From a virus, in IMG/VR virus record IMGVR_UViG_3300045996_002710, positions 1 to 52,185 of that record: a DNA stretch of 52,185 nucleotides. One strand, written 5' to 3'. Of this stretch, positions 41,318 through 50,265 are shown piece by piece (position 1 is the stretch's first letter; each line of letters begins with the position of its first letter). The notes beneath the pieces are model-generated. The model did not search any database, was not told the origin of the DNA, and saw nothing but the letters and a program-made list of their open reading frames with translations. The position numbers and the translations under genes are program-made.

Positions 41318-42060
41318 GCCGGCACTCCCGGGTGCGTCGGGGAGAGGTAGCCGCGCTGCGCGAGGTAACCGTCCATCGTCAGGGCGTGGTCTTTGATGTG
41401 CCCCAGCTGGACGGCGGTGTTCACGAACACGGGGTATCCGGCGGTGCCGGCGCGGAGGCAGAACGTGATGTCCTCGCCCATGATCCGGCCGTTGAAGTCG
41501 GTCTCCTGGAACCAGGGGAACGCCTTGGAGAAGCCGATCTCTCCGGGCCGGTGGGGGTTCGGGTAGTCACGGATTCGCTCGAGGACGGTGCGGTGGATGA
41601 GCAGGCACGCGGCGCCGGTCGCGAAGACCTGCATCATCGCGTCGGGCTGCCACTCGTCGTACCGGACGAACTGCACGTCGTCCTCGGTGCCGGTGAGGTC
41701 GTACAAGGTCGGGAAGTAGCGGCCGTTGTCGTTGCCGAAGCACAGCCCGCCGACGATCGGCGCCTTCTCCGGGTCCGCCTCGGCGAGGAGCCGCTCGAGC
41801 AGGTCGTAGCCGAACGTCATGTCGGTGTCGAGGAACAGCAACCACTCGGCCTGCGTGTCCTCGAGGAACTTCTTGACCAGCGCGTTGCGGGCGCCGGAGA
41901 CGTTGACGCCGGATCCCCAGCCGAGCGGGCCTCCACCCTCGCGGAGCCGGCGGGTCGTGAATTCGTCGTGCCGGTCCAGGTCGATCAGGCACTCCATGAA
42001 CCGCGACTTGACGTCGGTTCCACAGACATAGCCGATGACGACCTTGCCATTTCCTGACAC
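41314..42060 (-). CDS. GT2-family glycosyltransferase (248 aa)
   Basis: LLFLDTDM DxD motif and EDITFC. Trimmed to the GTG at 42060 (AAGGGA upstream) so that it does not run through the capsid terminator hairpin. Confidence 0.8.
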   Translation of the reverse strand: MSGNGKVVIGYVCGTDVKSRFMECLIDLDRHDEFTTRRLREGGGPLGWGSGVNVSGARNALVKKFLEDTQAEWLLFLDTDMTFGYDLLERLLAEADPEKAPIVGGLCFGNDNGRYFPTLYDLTGTEDDVQFVRYDEWQPDAMMQVFATGAACLLIHRTVLERIRDYPNPHRPGEIGFSKAFPWFQETDFNGRIMGEDITFCLRAGTAGYPVFVNTAVQLGHIKDHALTMDGYLAQRGYLSPTHPGVPA

Positions 42061-42085
42061 TGTGTCCCTTTCCCAGGTAGGCGAA

Positions 42086-42112
42086 AGCCCCGGCACCTGG
42101 GATGCCGGGGCT
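42086..42112 (-). terminator. Hairpin immediately downstream of the major capsid gene (attenuator/terminator)
   Basis: AGCCCCGGCA-7 nt-TGCCGGGGCT, a 10-bp stem. Confidence 0.6.
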
Positions 42113-42153
42113 CTCTTCCCGCCGGAGCTACCGGCGGGCGACGGTTGGTGCTG

Positions 42154-43626
42154 CTACGCCAGCGCGGTCGCCGCGGCGACCTGGTTCAGCTGGAGCAGGC
42201 GGAACGCGTCGACGTCGGTGACGTCGGCGCCGACGCGCCAGAACGCGAACCAGCCGGCCTGGCCGGTCGGACGGCCGTTGCCGGTCGACTTGACCATCGG
42301 CTCGTACATGATCGACATGCCGACGCGGTCGACGATGACGTACTGCTCGAAGTTGCCGGCGAGCAGGATGTTGCCGCCGGTGGTGACGACCGACGCCATG
42401 GTCGACGCCTCGTACTGCGGCTGGCCGAGCAGCTGCGACGGGACGCCCATGCCGAGGTTGGCCCAGAAGGCGGAGCCGCCGGACGTGTCCATCTGCCGGA
42501 TCAGGCTGTAGATGCGCTTGTTGGCGATCCACGAGGCCTTGGCGGCGTCGCGGGGCCGGAGCGCGTCCGCGACCCGGTAGACGTCGCCGGCGACGAACGC
42601 GTTGGTCGTCGCTGCGGTGACGATCGACGCGGTGACGGCCTGGACAGCGGCGACGATACCGCGGGGGATGCTCGCGCCGGTGTTGCCGGTGGCGAACGCC
42701 GCGCCTTCGAGGCGGGCCTTCGCGTCGGCGAGGAGGCCGCTCAGGGACGACGCGAAGCCGGAGTCGGCGAGCATCTCGTAGGAGCCGAATACCCACGCGG
42801 CTGCCTTGCGGGGCGTGATCGTCGGCTGGCCGAACGTCGGGGACTTGTCGGCGGCCTCGACGCCCTCACCGAGCCACTCGGCGGTGACGCCGGCGGAGGT
42901 GACGCCGTTCCAGTCGTCGGTCGCGATCTGCTTGACGGTCGCGACCTGACGGATAGGGTCGGCGATCCCCGAGTTGGTGAGGATGATCGTCGGGTCCAGC
43001 GTAAACGGCACCATATAGCCGCCGTTCGCGGCCGTCAGCGACATCGCGGCACGCAGCGCCTCGCCGACGTAGCGGGTCTCGACGAACTCGCGGAACTCCT
43101 CGTGGTACTGCTCGCTGCCGGTCAGCAGCATGTGCCGGGCGATCAGCGGCGACTGGACGCCCTCCTGCTCGATCAGCTGGGTGACCTGCTGGCGGGCGAC
43201 GTCCTTCATGTGCCGCGGGGCACGCTCGATCGCGGTCTTCGCCCGCTCGATGACCTCGTTCGGCTCGACCATGCCACGCTTGACCTGAATCAGGTCGGCG
43301 TACGGGTCGAGGTTCCGCTTGACCTCGGGACCGCGGTCGCCGAGGTACTTCGCCGGACGGGCACCGTCGCCGGACTCGACGTTCGCCGGGTCGAGCGCAC
43401 GGGAACGGACGGCGTCGAGGCGGGCCTGACGCTCGGCGAGCGGCTTGCGCTCGGTCTCGAGCTCGTCCCAGCGGGCGAGGAGGTCGTCGGTCTCGACGCC
43501 CCGGTCCTCGAAGATCTTCGACCGGGTGGCTTCGTCGCCCTCCGGGTCGGCCAGGCCGGCGAGCTCGTCCAGGCGGGCCCGGATCGCCTCCTGCTCCTTG
43601 ATGACTTCCTGCAGTCGGGTCTTCAT
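42154..43626 (-). CDS. HK97-fold major capsid protein with an N-terminal coiled-coil delta/scaffold domain (490 aa)
   Basis: ANGGYMVPFTLDPTII..., WNGVTSAGVTAEWLGEG and FAFWRVG motifs typical of the HK97 family. Follows the protease. Confidence 0.9.
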   Translation of the reverse strand: MKTRLQEVIKEQEAIRARLDELAGLADPEGDEATRSKIFEDRGVETDDLLARWDELETERKPLAERQARLDAVRSRALDPANVESGDGARPAKYLGDRGPEVKRNLDPYADLIQVKRGMVEPNEVIERAKTAIERAPRHMKDVARQQVTQLIEQEGVQSPLIARHMLLTGSEQYHEEFREFVETRYVGEALRAAMSLTAANGGYMVPFTLDPTIILTNSGIADPIRQVATVKQIATDDWNGVTSAGVTAEWLGEGVEAADKSPTFGQPTITPRKAAAWVFGSYEMLADSGFASSLSGLLADAKARLEGAAFATGNTGASIPRGIVAAVQAVTASIVTAATTNAFVAGDVYRVADALRPRDAAKASWIANKRIYSLIRQMDTSGGSAFWANLGMGVPSQLLGQPQYEASTMASVVTTGGNILLAGNFEQYVIVDRVGMSIMYEPMVKSTGNGRPTGQAGWFAFWRVGADVTDVDAFRLLQLNQVAAATALA

Positions 43627-46337
43627 CGCATCCCTCGGGAGATCTGAGCGGCGCGGATACGCCGCGTGATGTCGATCTGCCGACCGGAGTGCCGCGTCAG
43701 CGGCGGGTCCTCGGCCCCGAGCTCCACGGTGGAGGTGGGGGTGTCGTCGCCCAGTGCGGGCGCTTCGTCCTGCGGGATCTCGGTGTCGGCTCCGTCGAGT
43801 TCGACGCCGAGGGAGCGCAGCAGCTCGAGCCGATCGTCATCGGGGAGCGCTGCGAAGTCTGCAAGCAGGTCCTCGCGTGACCGGATGGCCATGATCGCGG
43901 CCCCGGCGTTGACCGGGATCGGGGTCGGGCCGTAGTCGGTGAGGCCGAGCTCGTGTCGGGTGATGGTCGGGAGGCCGCCGGAGCGGGACCGGGTCGGGAC
44001 CCGGTCCGGGCTGGAACGGATGATCCGGCCGCGGAACGACTGGGAGCGGATGGCGCCGTTGCGGATGGCCTCGAGGACCTCGTCCGCGTACGGGCTCTTG
44101 TTGTAGCGGGTGACCGTGAGCAGGCCCTGACCGTCCGGTTTGATCTCCAGTGGTGTGCCGATCGGGATCTGCGCCATCGGGTCGGGCTTGCCGTCGACGA
44201 CGGACATGCCGTGGTTGTAGAGGCACATCGCCGACTGGCCGGCGCCGCCGGCGAGGGTGCGGTTGAACGCGGCCCGGTCGATGACCTCCATGTAGTGGCC
44301 GTGCTGGTCGCGGACCTCGTACGGCGTGCCGAACATCGCCGCGTACGCCTCGACGGTCCGGCCGTCGCCGCTGCGGCTGATCTGGATGTCGGCCAGCGGG
44401 AACGCACGGTCGAACAGCTGCGGTGCGCGCACAGCGACCCCCATCCTGAGTGCTCGGTCGATCTGATCGAGGAGGAACGCGCGTCGTGCGGACGTCTTCG
44501 CCCTCGCCTTGCGCGCCGGCCTCGGCGACTGGGTGGGCAGCTGCTTGAGGTCGCCGATCCGCTTCAGCAGTTCGGGCGTGACCTTGCCGTCCGCTTCGAC
44601 ACCGAGCGCCTTCTGTAGCTTCTTCACCGCGGACGTGGTCTTCGGCCCGTACTTCCCGTCGGCAGCGAGGGGCTTTCCGTCCGAGTCGGTGACGCCGAGA
44701 CGGGTCAGCGCCGACTGCAGGCCGCGGACCCTCTGGTCGCCGCCCTTGATGCCGTAGCCGGTGCCGGTCTTGCCGTCGAAAGCCAGCGGGCCGGCCGGTG
44801 CAGCGCGTCGGCGGGGACGGCGGGTGGCGGGCTTCTTGCCCTGTCCGCCGACTCGGCCGCCGCCGACCGCGAACTGTCCGCCAGCCGGCGCAGTGTCGCC
44901 GTTCTCCGGGGAGCGGGCACGCTGCGCGTCCTGGAATGCGCGGTCGACGAGACGGAAGAACTTCCGCATGTCGGCCGGGGTGAAGACGCCCCGCCAGTCC
45001 TGATCTTTGCCCCAGTCATCCGGGGCGCCCTTCGGCGTCACACCGATCAGGACGTACGGCTCGTCGTCGCCCATCTCGACCTCGAAGTGGACGTCGCCCC
45101 ACTCGGACCCGGCGACGATTCCCTCGGTGAAGGTGATGTACTCCGTATCGTCCGCTCGTGCGACCCGCCGGAGCTCGGCCATTCGCTCCGGGTCGAAGTC
45201 GCCCGCGGCTTCCAGTCGCTCGATCTCGTCCCAGGCTGCTTGCTCGGTCTTGTACTGCTCAATCGCTTCTTCCAGTGCGGGCCGGATCCGGTCGACGACC
45301 CGGCGGAGGCTGTACTCGTCCAGGTTCGCTGTGCCGTTGAAGCCGATGTCATCGCCGGTGAGCAGCTCCTGGATGTCGGCGAGCCGCGCGTCGGTCTGCG
45401 CTTGACGGCCGTCGTCCCCATCGGCCTCGTCATGATCGTCGATGAGGTCGCGCTGCTCGGCCTTGAGCCGCTCCCGCTCGCCCGGGGGCAGTGGCGGCGG
45501 GGATGCGTTGCCGTCCCATGCGGCGATCCCCGCATCGCGGTCGCGGCGGCCGTACCCTTCACCGCCGGCGCCGAAGCGGATCATTCGCCGCCCAGCCGTG
45601 TCGGTGACCGCGAGCCGGATGCCGCCCTGATCGCTGTCGACCCGGCCGGAGCCGACGAGCCGCTCGCCGGGGCGGAGGTTGATCCGGCCGTCGAGGCGGA
45701 GCGTGTCACGGGTGGCGCCGGTCGACGTCCACTGGCCGCCATCCTCACCACTGCCGACCCGCAGTTGGCCCGGGTTGTACTTCCGCTCGACACTCGCCCG
45801 GTCCATGAATACCCCCTGCAGCACCTCGTCGATGGCCGCGAGCAGGTCCGCTACGTCGTCGGTTGCATCGCTGTCCTCGCCGCCGTCGTCTGGCGGGTCT
45901 AGGTGCAGCGTTGCCGGGTCGTCTTCGTCGGCGCCGAAAGTCACGGTGATGACGCCGTTGCCGAGCAGCTCGACCGTGTGGCTGTCCTGGAAGCCGAACC
46001 GGCGGTCGTCGTAGACGCCGTGTCCGTCGGCGTCGTCGGGCAACTCCGCACGGGCTTCGGCGAGCGCCTCGATCGCATCGCCGAGGCCGGCCACGTCCTC
46101 GCCGTCGAGATCCATCTCGACGACCTGACCGCCGTCGCGGAACGCAAGCCGGACGTCGCCGACCTCGTCGACCCCCATCGCAAGGGCGCCGAACGTTCCT
46201 TCGATCTCGACGACGTCGTGCAGGCCAGTCAGGTTGACTACGTCGCCTGGCAGGCCGCCGTCACCCCATCTGCCGTTTGCGGCTCGCGGCTGTAGCGGGT
46301 TGTACCGGCGGATGATCGTGCGCACGGCCCACCTCAC
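43623..46337 (-). CDS. Fusion protein: unknown about 560-aa N-terminal region + PG_binding_1 domain + HK97-type (S78/U35) prohead protease + C-terminal tail (904 aa)
   Basis: Trimmed to the GTG at 46337 (GTGA overlap with the portal stop). GLQSALTRLGV..DGKYGPKTTSAVKKLQKALGVEADGKVTPELL is a PG_binding_1 pattern (about 44540-44750). EAYAAMFGTPYEVRD..HGHYMEVI..AFNRTL..CLYNHG is a prohead-protease pattern (about 43930-44415). Confidence 0.8.
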   Translation of the reverse strand: MRWAVRTIIRRYNPLQPRAANGRWGDGGLPGDVVNLTGLHDVVEIEGTFGALAMGVDEVGDVRLAFRDGGQVVEMDLDGEDVAGLGDAIEALAEARAELPDDADGHGVYDDRRFGFQDSHTVELLGNGVITVTFGADEDDPATLHLDPPDDGGEDSDATDDVADLLAAIDEVLQGVFMDRASVERKYNPGQLRVGSGEDGGQWTSTGATRDTLRLDGRINLRPGERLVGSGRVDSDQGGIRLAVTDTAGRRMIRFGAGGEGYGRRDRDAGIAAWDGNASPPPLPPGERERLKAEQRDLIDDHDEADGDDGRQAQTDARLADIQELLTGDDIGFNGTANLDEYSLRRVVDRIRPALEEAIEQYKTEQAAWDEIERLEAAGDFDPERMAELRRVARADDTEYITFTEGIVAGSEWGDVHFEVEMGDDEPYVLIGVTPKGAPDDWGKDQDWRGVFTPADMRKFFRLVDRAFQDAQRARSPENGDTAPAGGQFAVGGGRVGGQGKKPATRRPRRRAAPAGPLAFDGKTGTGYGIKGGDQRVRGLQSALTRLGVTDSDGKPLAADGKYGPKTTSAVKKLQKALGVEADGKVTPELLKRIGDLKQLPTQSPRPARKARAKTSARRAFLLDQIDRALRMGVAVRAPQLFDRAFPLADIQISRSGDGRTVEAYAAMFGTPYEVRDQHGHYMEVIDRAAFNRTLAGGAGQSAMCLYNHGMSVVDGKPDPMAQIPIGTPLEIKPDGQGLLTVTRYNKSPYADEVLEAIRNGAIRSQSFRGRIIRSSPDRVPTRSRSGGLPTITRHELGLTDYGPTPIPVNAGAAIMAIRSREDLLADFAALPDDDRLELLRSLGVELDGADTEIPQDEAPALGDDTPTSTVELGAEDPPLTRHSGRQIDITRRIRAAQISRGMR

Positions 46338-47797
46338 CCAGGTACGGCGAGCACTCCGCGCGGATCGGCAGCGCGGGCCGCCTCGCCAGACGGCAGTGCT
46401 GGTGGGGCTTCCTCGCCCTCGATGATGTCGCCTTCGGCTGGCGTTTCGCCGGCGAGCGCCGGGTCGGTCTCCGGGACACCCTCGCCAGGCGGCTGCAGCT
46501 GGACGGACACCATGCCGGAGTGCTCGAGCAGTGTCATGTCCCCGTTGACGACCGCGTTGACGGCGGATTCGGCGGTGAACCCGGCGGTGATGAGGGTGTT
46601 GATGGTGGCCGCGTCGGTCTGCCGGATGACGGCGGCGTCCTTCATATCCTCGCGCAGGAAGGCGATGTCCCTGTCGTCGTACCAGAGCTCGCTGCCGTCG
46701 GGGACCTCGGTAATGCTGGCGAGGGCTGCGCACGCGGAACGCCACTGCGGTCGTGCCCAGTGGTCGCCGAACTTCCGCCGCGCGGACGCGTAGTTGCTGT
46801 ACGTAGCTGCCTGGAGGCCCTCAGACAGGCCGACAATGATCGGTGGGACGCCGCCGGCCGCGCACAGCCGGGTCTCGCCGGCGCCCTGCGTCGCCCGGAA
46901 GTCCAGTTGCCGCAGGTCGGCACCGGCCACAGTGACGTCCGCGCCGCCGGCCAGGTACATGGTCTTGTACGCCTGATCGGTGCCGCCGGTCGAATCGGCC
47001 ATGGCGCGGACGAACTTCTTGAACTGCTCCTCGCGGACGCTCTCTTTGAGGCTCACGACGAGCCGCGGTGAGGCGCCGTTCTTGAAGAACGCGCTCTTGT
47101 GGTCGGTGGCGGCCTGGTCGGCCTGCAGTTCCCTGATCACCGGTGTCAGCCAGCTCATGCCGCGGTACTGGCTCTCCGGGTCCGGGATCGGCGACCAGTG
47201 GCAAACCTCTTCAGGCAGATAGATCTTCGTCTCGCCGCGGCCGAGCCCACCTGGGGTGTACGCGTAGCCGAGGACGTCAACGTCGAACTCTTCGTCCGGG
47301 TCCCCGGAGAGCACGATCGACACCCAGTCGGGGCGGAGCCGGCGCAGCCGGTCACCCTCGTTGACGTCGTAGCTGTTGCCGGCGAAGCTGGCGTCCTGCT
47401 CCATGCGGGCGAGGAGTTCTCCGGTGGTGCCGTTCGGCCACGGCCGCTCCAGCAGCGACAGTTCGCCGTTCTCGCCGCCGAACAGGTCGCCCGGGCGGCC
47501 GTTGATGAGCCGCCGGAACTGGAACCGCGCCTCGGTGAACAGCATCAGCCTGGCGAGGACGATCGCGAAGATCGGACCGTTCGCCTTGTAGCCGGCCCGG
47601 ACGTAGCCGGCGAAGTTGTGCTCGATCTCCTCGACGGTGCGGCCGTGGCGGAGCGTGGAGCCGCCGCCGGTGTACGCGGCGTACGGGTTGTTCAGCTGCT
47701 GCAGGTACCAGTTGACGTCATAGCGGGAGATCCCGGTCGAGGGCTTCGCGCCATTCCCGCGGAACAGCGTCTGGAACAGCTTCGCCACGCGCCTCAA
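46334..47797 (-). CDS. Portal protein (HK97 family; alternative GTG start at 47788)
   Basis: Position after TerL. Contains ANGPIFAIV..RFQFRRL..SYDVNEGD..WLTPVIRE. Confidence 0.9.
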   Translation of the reverse strand: MRRVAKLFQTLFRGNGAKPSTGISRYDVNWYLQQLNNPYAAYTGGGSTLRHGRTVEEIEHNFAGYVRAGYKANGPIFAIVLARLMLFTEARFQFRRLINGRPGDLFGGENGELSLLERPWPNGTTGELLARMEQDASFAGNSYDVNEGDRLRRLRPDWVSIVLSGDPDEEFDVDVLGYAYTPGGLGRGETKIYLPEEVCHWSPIPDPESQYRGMSWLTPVIRELQADQAATDHKSAFFKNGASPRLVVSLKESVREEQFKKFVRAMADSTGGTDQAYKTMYLAGGADVTVAGADLRQLDFRATQGAGETRLCAAGGVPPIIVGLSEGLQAATYSNYASARRKFGDHWARPQWRSACAALASITEVPDGSELWYDDRDIAFLREDMKDAAVIRQTDAATINTLITAGFTAESAVNAVVNGDMTLLEHSGMVSVQLQPPGEGVPETDPALAGETPAEGDIIEGEEAPPALPSGEAARAADPRGVLAVPG

Positions 47798-47939
47798 CCC
47801 TCTCGAACAGGAAGGCCACGGCGGCCAGGCCGAGCATGCCGGCGGCGGCGAGGGCGATGGGGCCGAGCCACCAGGTGAGCCCGGCGACGAACAGGGCGTA
47901 CATCAGGGCGAGCGCGAGCAGTGCCTCTCGGCGGGTCAC
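47718..47939 (-). CDS. Small two-TM membrane protein between TerL and portal (73 aa)
   Basis: Hydrophobic LLALALMYALFVAGLTWWLGPIALAAAGMLGLAAVAFLF. Its 3' end overlaps the portal start by 70-80 nt and GC3 drops there. Confidence 0.45.
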   Translation of the reverse strand: MTRREALLALALMYALFVAGLTWWLGPIALAAAGMLGLAAVAFLFERVEARGEAVPDAVPREWREALDRDLPL

Positions 47940-47949
47940 GGGCTGTCAC

Positions 47950-49461
47950 CTACTCGAAGAACGCCCATGCGGATGCCGCCTCCTGCTGGTAGCCCCAGTC
48001 GGCGAGCGCCGCGGCCATGATCGGGCCGACGTCGGGGCCGTCGTCGGTGCGCCGGTCGAAGATCTTCGCGTCGCCGCGGTCCCGCCACTCCGCGACCCGC
48101 GCCGCGGCGTCGAGCGCCGGATGAGGACGCACGCGCAGGTCACGCGCGGCCGGGTCGGAGCTGGAGATCCCGACGTACAGGGACCCGCACGCCGCGGCGA
48201 CAGCCCGGCTGGAGGGCTTGATGACGTCGACGTCGCAGTGCTTCTGGATGTCGTTGATCAAATAACCGGCCGGGCCGGCGGGGTCGATGACGATGCCGAG
48301 CGGGTCGAACTTCTGGATGCGCTTCTTGAGGCCGCCGATAAGCTTTCCGACGTCGGTGGCGAACCGGTCGACGAGCTCGACGTGGCGCATCTTGTCCTCG
48401 CGCTCGCCCGCGGCGACGATCGAGATCATGGTCATGTCGCGGTTCGACTCGACGCAGTAGACCGGCTGGCCGACGAGCCCCGAGTTGGGGTCCTGCGCGG
48501 CCTTCCAGTCCTCCTCGCGGAACGCGATCCAGCCCATGTCGTCGCGGTCGTGCCACAGGCCGAGGTGCTCGGTGTCGAACTTCGCCGGCCGGCCAGCCTC
48601 GGTGAACGCGTCCAGCTGCTGCTTGAGGAACCACGGCTTGATCCGGATGCCGAGGGCGGGGTTGCAGTCGTACCAGACGTCAGGGTCGGCGCGGTCGAAC
48701 TTGCCTTTCGCCGGCGACCACTCGTACATCGAGGTGCGGCCGCCGCCCTTCATGCCGCGTTTGCGCACGGAGGGCAGCATCGCGTCCTCGGGCATGGGCC
48801 CGGTGTCGTCGTCGGGCGGCGTGCTCGTGTAGATGATCTGCGGGTTCGGCAGGGTCGCAAGGGTCGGGGTCTGCGCAGCGTACTGACCGATCGTCAGCGC
48901 GTACGCCTCGTCGAAGATGTTCTTCGACCCCGTCAGACCACGACCGCTGCCGAGCGTGCGAGCAACAAACTGCAGCCGGCCGCCACCGGCGGCGCGGGTC
49001 AGCTCGATCGACTCGTCGCCCTTGGACCGGCTGATCATCTTGACGCGCTTCGTCAGCCAGTCCGAGCCGTCGATGATGTCCTGCAACCGCCGGAACGCGC
49101 TCGTCGACGTCTTGAACTGGTGCGCCGAGTGCAGCATTAGCGGCTCACGGAACAGGAACAGGCCGCCGAGCTCGATCGCCTCGGTGACGCCGCCCTTGCC
49201 GTTCTGCCGCGCGACGAGCACGACGACCTCGAACGACGCCCACAGGCCGTCCTCACCGAGCCCGAACGCGTCGACGACGATGTTCGCCTGCCACGGGTCG
49301 AGCGGCCGGCCGATCTGGGCCATGAAGTCGACGACCTCGTGCCCGTACGTGCTCACGTAGGGCGGGACTTGGCGAACGCGGGGGATCTGGCTACCCAGCC
49401 GCTCCCTTGGTGGCTCGGCGAGCAGCGAGTTGGTCCGTGATGCCTGCGGCGATGACGTCAA
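47950..49461 (-). CDS. terL: Terminase large subunit (Terminase_1-like)
   Basis: Walker A-like VLVARQNGKGG, FDEAY Walker B-like motif and a C-terminal nuclease region. Confidence 0.9.
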   Translation of the reverse strand: MTSSPQASRTNSLLAEPPRERLGSQIPRVRQVPPYVSTYGHEVVDFMAQIGRPLDPWQANIVVDAFGLGEDGLWASFEVVVLVARQNGKGGVTEAIELGGLFLFREPLMLHSAHQFKTSTSAFRRLQDIIDGSDWLTKRVKMISRSKGDESIELTRAAGGGRLQFVARTLGSGRGLTGSKNIFDEAYALTIGQYAAQTPTLATLPNPQIIYTSTPPDDDTGPMPEDAMLPSVRKRGMKGGGRTSMYEWSPAKGKFDRADPDVWYDCNPALGIRIKPWFLKQQLDAFTEAGRPAKFDTEHLGLWHDRDDMGWIAFREEDWKAAQDPNSGLVGQPVYCVESNRDMTMISIVAAGEREDKMRHVELVDRFATDVGKLIGGLKKRIQKFDPLGIVIDPAGPAGYLINDIQKHCDVDVIKPSSRAVAAACGSLYVGISSSDPAARDLRVRPHPALDAAARVAEWRDRGDAKIFDRRTDDGPDVGPIMAAALADWGYQQEAASAWAFFE

Positions 49462-49681
49462 GGTCCGTCACCTCGCTCGACCCGGGGGTCTTGTCGATGG
49501 CGTCGAGGACGGCGCGGAGCTCGCGGATGACACCGGCGAGCGGCGGGTCGACGCCGCGGGCGCAGGAGCGGCAGGTCAGCTCGCCGTTCATTGCTGCGAC
49601 GAGCCGGTCCCTGGCGGCGCGGAGGAGGTGGAGTCGGTCCTGCGCCTCGTCGACCACGCCATCACCGCCCGGGAATGTCAC
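49391..49681 (-). CDS. terS: Terminase small subunit candidate (96 aa)
   Basis: Called by position only: directly upstream of and overlapping TerL, downstream of the HNH gene and a non-coding gap. Confidence 0.5.
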   Translation of the reverse strand: MTFPGGDGVVDEAQDRLHLLRAARDRLVAAMNGELTCRSCARGVDPPLAGVIRELRAVLDAIDKTPGSSEVTDLDVIAAGITDQLAARRATKGAAG

Positions 49682-49972
49682 TCAGCGTCACTCAAGTCGA
49701 TGTTACGGAGCGTGACTGCACTCGGATTCTCGGAAGGGTCTGAGTCGATACCGCTCGGTAACTTACTGGCCGGTTACGCAGAGAGAGAAATGCCGGGAGA
49801 GGGTGTGGGTCGCGCGGGCGTTGAATCGCGCGAGTACCCCTCCCCCCGCCGCCCGCCTTTGCGTTGTCGCAGGTCAGCGCGTTGCGTGTCACGAGGCAAG
49901 GATTGGGCTTGCGTCAGGCCTGCTTAGCGCTTCGCATGTTGACTACACACCGTGACGTTGCCCTGGGTGGCC
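49682..49972. other. 291-bp non-coding gap between HNH and TerS: candidate cos / packaging-initiation region
   Basis: Lower-GC, repeat-containing stretch (GTCAC..GTGAC inverted repeat) with a C-rich tract cccctccccccgccgcccgcc. The HNH-cos-TerS-TerL order matches HK97-like cos phages. Confidence 0.45.
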
Positions 49973-50263
49973 CTAGCATGTCCCCGATGCCCGAGTGACA
50001 TCACGCCGAGTAGTGGGAGGCTTGATCCTCCTACCATCCCTATACCCTGCGTTACACCCCAGGTGAGACAGTGCCGAGTTGTCCCTCGTCAGCTCGCCCC
50101 CACGCGCATACGGGATCACCATGTCCAGCGATGGACCCCAGCGATGCGTACCAGGCAGAGCCACATCAACAGGCAGGCCACAGCGCAGGCACGTGTCGTA
50201 CGTGCTGAGCACCCACTGGCGTAGCTTGCGGTACGCAGCCCCGGTATGCCCTCGGTCGGCCAT
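49973..50263 (-). CDS. HNH endonuclease (terminase-associated type, 96 aa)
   Basis: CLRCGLPVD...D..IPYARGG...SHLGCN motif next to the packaging genes. Confidence 0.8.
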   Translation of the reverse strand: MADRGHTGAAYRKLRQWVLSTYDTCLRCGLPVDVALPGTHRWGPSLDMVIPYARGGELTRDNSALSHLGCNAGYRDGRRIKPPTTRRDVTRASGTC

Positions 50264-50265
50264 GG

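Noticed and set aside
42145-43647. 500-aa plus-strand ORF antisense to the major capsid gene (similarly 30029..31363 minus alt-frame and 29280..30305 plus in the tape measure)
   Set aside because: Shadow ORFs. The capsid and tape-measure frames carry the recognisable motifs.
44540-44750. The PG_binding_1 domain as evidence for a second endolysin
   Set aside because: No adjacent catalytic (amidase, lysozyme or peptidase) lysin motif. The domain is embedded in the portal-adjacent protease fusion, not in the lysis cassette.
46338-46745. Upstream 136-codon extension of the protease-fusion ORF (track start 46745)
   Set aside because: It lies wholly inside the portal gene in another frame and is Arg-rich. 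A GTG that overlaps the portal stop at 46337 is the consistent start.
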